Shown here piece after piece: positions 47,681-51,371 of a stretch of 51,371 nucleotides of DNA. The notes beneath the pieces were generated by a model that saw only the letters and a list, made by a program, of their open reading frames with translations, ran no database searches and was not told the DNA's origin. This DNA is from an uncultured Eubacteriales bacterium (lineage in GTDB: Bacteria > Bacillota > Clostridia > Christensenellales > Borkfalkiaceae). Position numbers and translations under genes: made by a program. Position 1 is the stretch's first letter; every line of letters begins with the position of its first letter. The DNA lies in contig CAJLXC010000001.1 in assembly GCA_905210545.1 (NCBI GenBank), forward strand, positions 1 to 51,371, written 5' to 3'.

Positions 47681-49672
47681 ATGGATCATTTAAGTATTGA
47701 CCTTGAAACATTTTCAAGTGTACCGATACAAAAAGCCGGTGCCCAAAAGTACATACAAAGCCCCGACTTTGAGATCCTCCTCTTTGCCTACTCCCTTAAC
47801 GGTGCGGAGCCGATGTGCTGTGATTTTGCCCAAGGTGAAACACTCCCCAAGTGGGTTGCCGAGGCGTTGCTTGATCCGCAGTGCTTAAAACACGCATACA
47901 ATGCGCCCTTTGAGTGGGGCTGCCTGTCACGGTATATGGGCAGGCAGCTGCCACCGGCGCAGTGGCGTTGCACAATGTTTCACGGCTTGTATGCAGGCTA
48001 TACAGCGGGCTTGGATGCCACAGGCAGAGCGTTGGGCTTGCCGGAGGATAAACGCAAGCTGAATACCGGCAAAGCCCTTATACGCTATTTCTGCGTGCCG
48101 TGTGCCCCATCAAAGGCAAACGGCGGCAGAACACGGAACTATCCGCACCACGCACCGGAGCGTTGGGAGTTATTCAAAGAGTACAACCGCCAGGATGTTA
48201 CAACCGAAATGGAAATTGAGCGCAGGCTTTCGGCGGTACCCGTACCGGACTTTGTGCAAAAGGAATGGGAAACGGATCTTATTATAAACAGCCGAGGCGT
48301 TGCTATTGATATGGGGATGGTTGAGGGCGCCCTTGAACTTGGGGCAACGGTCCGCAACACCCTTACAACCGAGGCTGTGAAAATATCCGGGTTAAACAAC
48401 CCAAACAGCGTAAAGCAGCTTGCCTCTTGGCTTGAAAGCGAAACCGGCGAGGAAATAAACGGGCTCCGCAAGGACACCGTTGCCAAAATGCTTGCCCGTG
48501 ACGATAACAGCCCGGAGGTACAGCGTATGCTTGAGATCCGGCAGGAGCTCGGCAAGACAAGCACCAAAAAATACGATGCCATTGAGCAGGCCGTGTGCCA
48601 GGATGGGCGTGTGCGTGGGCTCTTACAGTTTTACGGTGCCAACCGCACAGGCCGCTGGGCGGGGCGTTTGGTGCAGGTGCAAAACCTGCCCCGTACCTAT
48701 ACAGAGCCTTTGGAGCTTGCCCGTGACCTTGTAAAAGGGCGTAAGCTGGATGCCTTAAAGTGCATTTACGGCAGTGTGCCGGACACGCTTTCACAGCTGA
48801 TACGCACCGCATTTATTGCCGCACCCGGTAATGTGCTGATTGATGCCGACTTTTCGGCCATTGAGGCCCGTGTTATTTCCTGGCTTGCCGGTGAGGAGTG
48901 GAGGCTTGAGGTTTTCCGCACCCACGGCAAAATATACGAGGCATCAGCCTCGCAGATGTTCGGCGTGCCCATTGACCTTATAAAAAAGGGCAACCCCGAA
49001 TATGCCCTCCGGCAAAAAGGAAAGGTTGCGGAATTGGCCCTCGGTTATCAAGGCAGCACCGGCGCACTTATCAATATGGGTGCACTTGATATGGGCATAC
49101 CGGAGGAGGATCTGCCCGATATTGTGAGCCGTTGGCGTGATGCCAACAAACGCATAAGGGATCTGTGGTATAAGGTGGATGCCGCCGCCGTGCAGGTTAT
49201 CACCCAGGGCGGCAGCGTGGGCGTAAGCAGCATTATACTTGCCCACGAATGGGATGCAACACAAGGCACCGACTATATGACAATAACGCTGCCAAGCGGC
49301 AGAAAACTATTTTACAATGCCCCGCAAATAGGCGTAAACCAATGGGGCAACCCCTCAATATCGTATATGGGTATGGACCAGACCACAAAGAAATGGAAAC
49401 GCATCGAAACCTACGGCGGCAAGCTCGTGGAGAATTGTGTGCAAGCCATTGCCCGTGATTGTCTGGCACAGGCTATTGAACACCTGGAGGCAGCAGGGCT
49501 GCCGGTTATATTCCACATACACGATGAGGTGGTAATTGATATAAGACCGTTTGCAGACAACGAGGCAATGCTTGCAAAAACGGTTGAAATAATGAGCCGC
49601 CCTGTTCCGTGGGCTCCGGGCTTGCCCCTTGGCGCCGATGGTTGGGTTGGTAAATTCTTTAAGAAAGATTAG
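47681..49672 (+). CDS. Family A DNA polymerase with an N-terminal 3'-5' exonuclease domain (phage type)
   Basis: ExoI DLET. Pol motif A DADFSAIEARV, motif B RQKGKVAELALGYQGSTGAL and motif C HIHDEVV. Confidence 0.93.
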   Translation: MDHLSIDLETFSSVPIQKAGAQKYIQSPDFEILLFAYSLNGAEPMCCDFAQGETLPKWVAEALLDPQCLKHAYNAPFEWGCLSRYMGRQLPPAQWRCTMFHGLYAGYTAGLDATGRALGLPEDKRKLNTGKALIRYFCVPCAPSKANGGRTRNYPHHAPERWELFKEYNRQDVTTEMEIERRLSAVPVPDFVQKEWETDLIINSRGVAIDMGMVEGALELGATVRNTLTTEAVKISGLNNPNSVKQLASWLESETGEEINGLRKDTVAKMLARDDNSPEVQRMLEIRQELGKTSTKKYDAIEQAVCQDGRVRGLLQFYGANRTGRWAGRLVQVQNLPRTYTEPLELARDLVKGRKLDALKCIYGSVPDTLSQLIRTAFIAAPGNVLIDADFSAIEARVISWLAGEEWRLEVFRTHGKIYEASASQMFGVPIDLIKKGNPEYALRQKGKVAELALGYQGSTGALINMGALDMGIPEEDLPDIVSRWRDANKRIRDLWYKVDAAAVQVITQGGSVGVSSIILAHEWDATQGTDYMTITLPSGRKLFYNAPQIGVNQWGNPSISYMGMDQTTKKWKRIETYGGKLVENCVQAIARDCLAQAIEHLEAAGLPVIFHIHDEVVIDIRPFADNEAMLAKTVEIMSRPVPWAPGLPLGADGWVGKFFKKD

Positions 49673-49683
49673 GAGGCTCGGCT

Positions 49684-50478
49684 ATGCAGTATATGGGAGG
49701 CAAAAGCCGCATAGCCCGCTACATAGCCGAAATTATAAATAACACCCTTAACGGGGGGGAGCGTTCAATGAGATACCAAGGCGGCAAGAGCCGTATAGCA
49801 ACACCTTTGGCGCAGATCCTCAACGCTACGGGGGGGGCTTGCTTTGTTAGCCTTTTCTGTGGTAGCTGCTCCGTTGAAAGCAAAGTTACCGGCTATGACC
49901 GCATTATACTGAATGACAAGCACAAGTATTTGATTGCTATGTTAAGAGGTGTGCAGGCGGGTTATGAACTGCCGGAAACGATAACAGAGGAACAGTACCA
50001 AGCCATAAGAGCCAATAAGGATGCAGATCCGGTGCTTGCAGGTTTTGTGGGCTTTGGGTGCAGCTTTGGCGGCAAATGGTTTGGAGGATATGCACGAAAT
50101 AAGGGCGGCACAAATTATGCCGCACAAAGCAAGCGATCACTGCTTAAAGATATGGCAACGCTCGGCGGCGCCGAGATATTCTGCGGTGATTATAAACAAG
50201 TACCTATACCGCCGGGGGCGGTTGTATATGCGGATCCTCCGTATGACAATACCACCGGTTACAATAACGAGAAATTTAACAGCACAGAGTTTTGGCAGGC
50301 AATGCGTTTGCTTGCCGATACCGGGCACACCGTTTACATAAGTGAGCAGACTGCCCCGCCAGACTTTGTGTGCGTGTGGGAAAAGCCCTTTACCCGCACC
50401 CTCGACAGAAACAAGGGCAACCAATTTAAGGTAACAGAAAAGCTGTTTACCTATATTTCACCGATATGGAGGCGGTAA
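49684..50478 (+). CDS. Dam-like (D12 class) N6-adenine DNA methyltransferase with a duplicated N-terminal module
   Basis: Y(M/Q)GGKSRIA occurs twice (codons 3-11 and 31-39). SAM motif SLFCGSCSVE and catalytic DPPY. G7 and G8 tracts lie within the first 155 nt. Confidence 0.85.
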   Translation: MQYMGGKSRIARYIAEIINNTLNGGERSMRYQGGKSRIATPLAQILNATGGACFVSLFCGSCSVESKVTGYDRIILNDKHKYLIAMLRGVQAGYELPETITEEQYQAIRANKDADPVLAGFVGFGCSFGGKWFGGYARNKGGTNYAAQSKRSLLKDMATLGGAEIFCGDYKQVPIPPGAVVYADPPYDNTTGYNNEKFNSTEFWQAMRLLADTGHTVYISEQTAPPDFVCVWEKPFTRTLDRNKGNQFKVTEKLFTYISPIWRR

Positions 50479-50480
50479 AA

Positions 50481-51227
50481 ATGGATTATTATATGGCCTC
50501 TGTAAGCTGGGGCAAGGACAGTTTGGCAATGCTCCTCCGGCTGATATACGAAAACAAACCGCTTAACGAGGTTGTTTTCTTTGATACCGGGATGGAATTT
50601 CAAGCTATATACAATGTGCGTAACGCTGCCCTTGGTATGCTGAAAGTAAGAGGCATTACATACACCGAATTAAAACCGGCAAAACCGTTTTTATACACAA
50701 TGCTTGATAAGCCGGTAAAAGGCAGAGATCGCAAAGGTTATGGATGGTGCGGTGGCTTATGCCGCTGGGGTACAACTGAAAAACTCAAAGCACTTGACCG
50801 TTACGCAAAAAGCAAAAATGCAACCGTGTATATAGGAATTGCAGCAGATGAGCAGCAAAGGCTTGAACGGTTGGAGCCTTACAAAATCGCACCACTTGCA
50901 ACGCTTTGGAATATGACAGAGGCAGAGTGCCTCCAATATTGTTACGATCACCATTTTTACTGGTATGAGGACACCGACAGCGAGGCAGAAAAAATACGCC
51001 TTTATGATATTTTGGATCGTGTTTCCTGCTGGTGCTGTTGTAATAAGAACCTCAAGGAATTGCGGAGCATATACAACTTTTTGCCCGAATATTGGCAAAG
51101 GCTGCGTTACCTGCAATTTGTGCTTGAGCGACCAATGAAAGGCTACTATAAAGGGCAGCCCAGGGGCGTGTTTGAGCTTGAGGATCGTTTTTCTAAGGAG
51201 GCAAACAATGATACCTTTCCCAAATAA
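50481..51227 (+). CDS. PAPS-reductase-like PP-loop family protein (phage type), Cys-rich
   Basis: PP-loop-like SVSWGKDS. Cys motifs WCGGLCRWG and SCWCCCNKN. The start is the ATG 8 nt after GGAGG and 3 nt after the MTase stop. Confidence 0.75.
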   Translation: MDYYMASVSWGKDSLAMLLRLIYENKPLNEVVFFDTGMEFQAIYNVRNAALGMLKVRGITYTELKPAKPFLYTMLDKPVKGRDRKGYGWCGGLCRWGTTEKLKALDRYAKSKNATVYIGIAADEQQRLERLEPYKIAPLATLWNMTEAECLQYCYDHHFYWYEDTDSEAEKIRLYDILDRVSCWCCCNKNLKELRSIYNFLPEYWQRLRYLQFVLERPMKGYYKGQPRGVFELEDRFSKEANNDTFPK

Positions 51228-51371
51228 AAAATACAGCGTTATATACGCAGATCCCCCGTGGAGCTACCAGGACAAGCGATGCAACGGCAATGCTGCCGAC
51301 CACTACCCCACAATGCGTATTGAGGATATATGCAGCCTGCCGGTGCAGGATCTGGCGGCTGATAACTGCGT
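51208..51371 (+). CDS. MT-A70-family N6-adenine DNA methyltransferase (5' part, truncated by window edge)
   Basis: GGAGG RBS. MIPFPNKKYSVIYADPPWSYQDK carries the DPPW catalytic motif. Overlaps the preceding gene by 20 nt. Confidence 0.8.
   Translation, partial: MIPFPNKKYSVIYADPPWSYQDKRCNGNAADHYPTMRIEDICSLPVQDLAADNC

Larger units (their letters stand above)
42500..51371 (+). mobile_element. Left part of a phage-like integrated element (prophage or phage-related island); right end outside the window
   Basis: Abrupt switch to higher G+C and all-plus-strand, tightly coupled genes of phage type: Bro-N antirepressor, DUF2800 nuclease, DUF2815, family A polymerase, two adenine MTases and a PAPS-reductase-like gene. 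The left boundary is approximate and no integrase is in view. Confidence 0.8.

Overview
The window comes from a moderate-G+C, endospore-forming Firmicutes/Clostridia-type chromosome; spoIIGA-sigE-sigG, ylmC and ylbJ are all present. From 0.8 to 41.5 kb it is almost entirely core genes, mostly on the minus strand. These are a lipoprotein gene, an F-type ATP synthase operon (atpB-E-F-A-G-D-C, no free atpH), a LysR regulator, VanW and four tRNAs (Ala, Ser, Val, Thr). They continue with an esterase, engB-lon, a HAD hydrolase, uvrC, ArsR, pfkB, an EF-G paralogue and the sporulation sigma cluster, then hemW-lepA, GDPD, MATE, tex, rarA, ylbJ/coaD/rsmD and alr. After tRNA-Arg (42282-42358) and its promoter, composition changes abruptly: G+C is visibly higher (not computed) and every gene is on the + strand. 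This is a phage-like integrated element that runs off the right edge. It carries a regulator/antirepressor module, a lytic transglycosylase, a DUF2800-DUF2815-family A DNA polymerase replication module, and a coupled Dam-like MTase / PAPS-reductase-like / MT-A70 MTase cluster. Most notable observations: (1) the alpha subunit carries a fused C-terminal-only delta (OSCP)-like module, with no room for atpH; (2) the c subunit has a signal-peptide-like plus acidic N-terminal extension and a Na+-type ion-site signature; (3) the prophage Dam-like methylase has a duplicated N-terminal module, each copy ending in a poly-G tract, next to a Cys-rich PAPS-reductase-like gene; (4) a poly-C(8) tract splits another phage ORF; (5) families of short modular repeats fill three intergenic regions around coaD/rsmD/alr; (6) a 90-nt hairpin-plus-tail repeat occurs in inverted copies 12.3 kb apart; (7) duplicated tRNA-Thr 3'-end scars; (8) a strongly RBS-led 49-aa peptide gene divergent from ArsR is missing from the ORF track; (9) pfkB has an apparent 3' frameshift. 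All calls come from reading the sequence and ORF translations by eye. No searches or computations were run, and hand-counted motif coordinates may be off by 1-2 nt.
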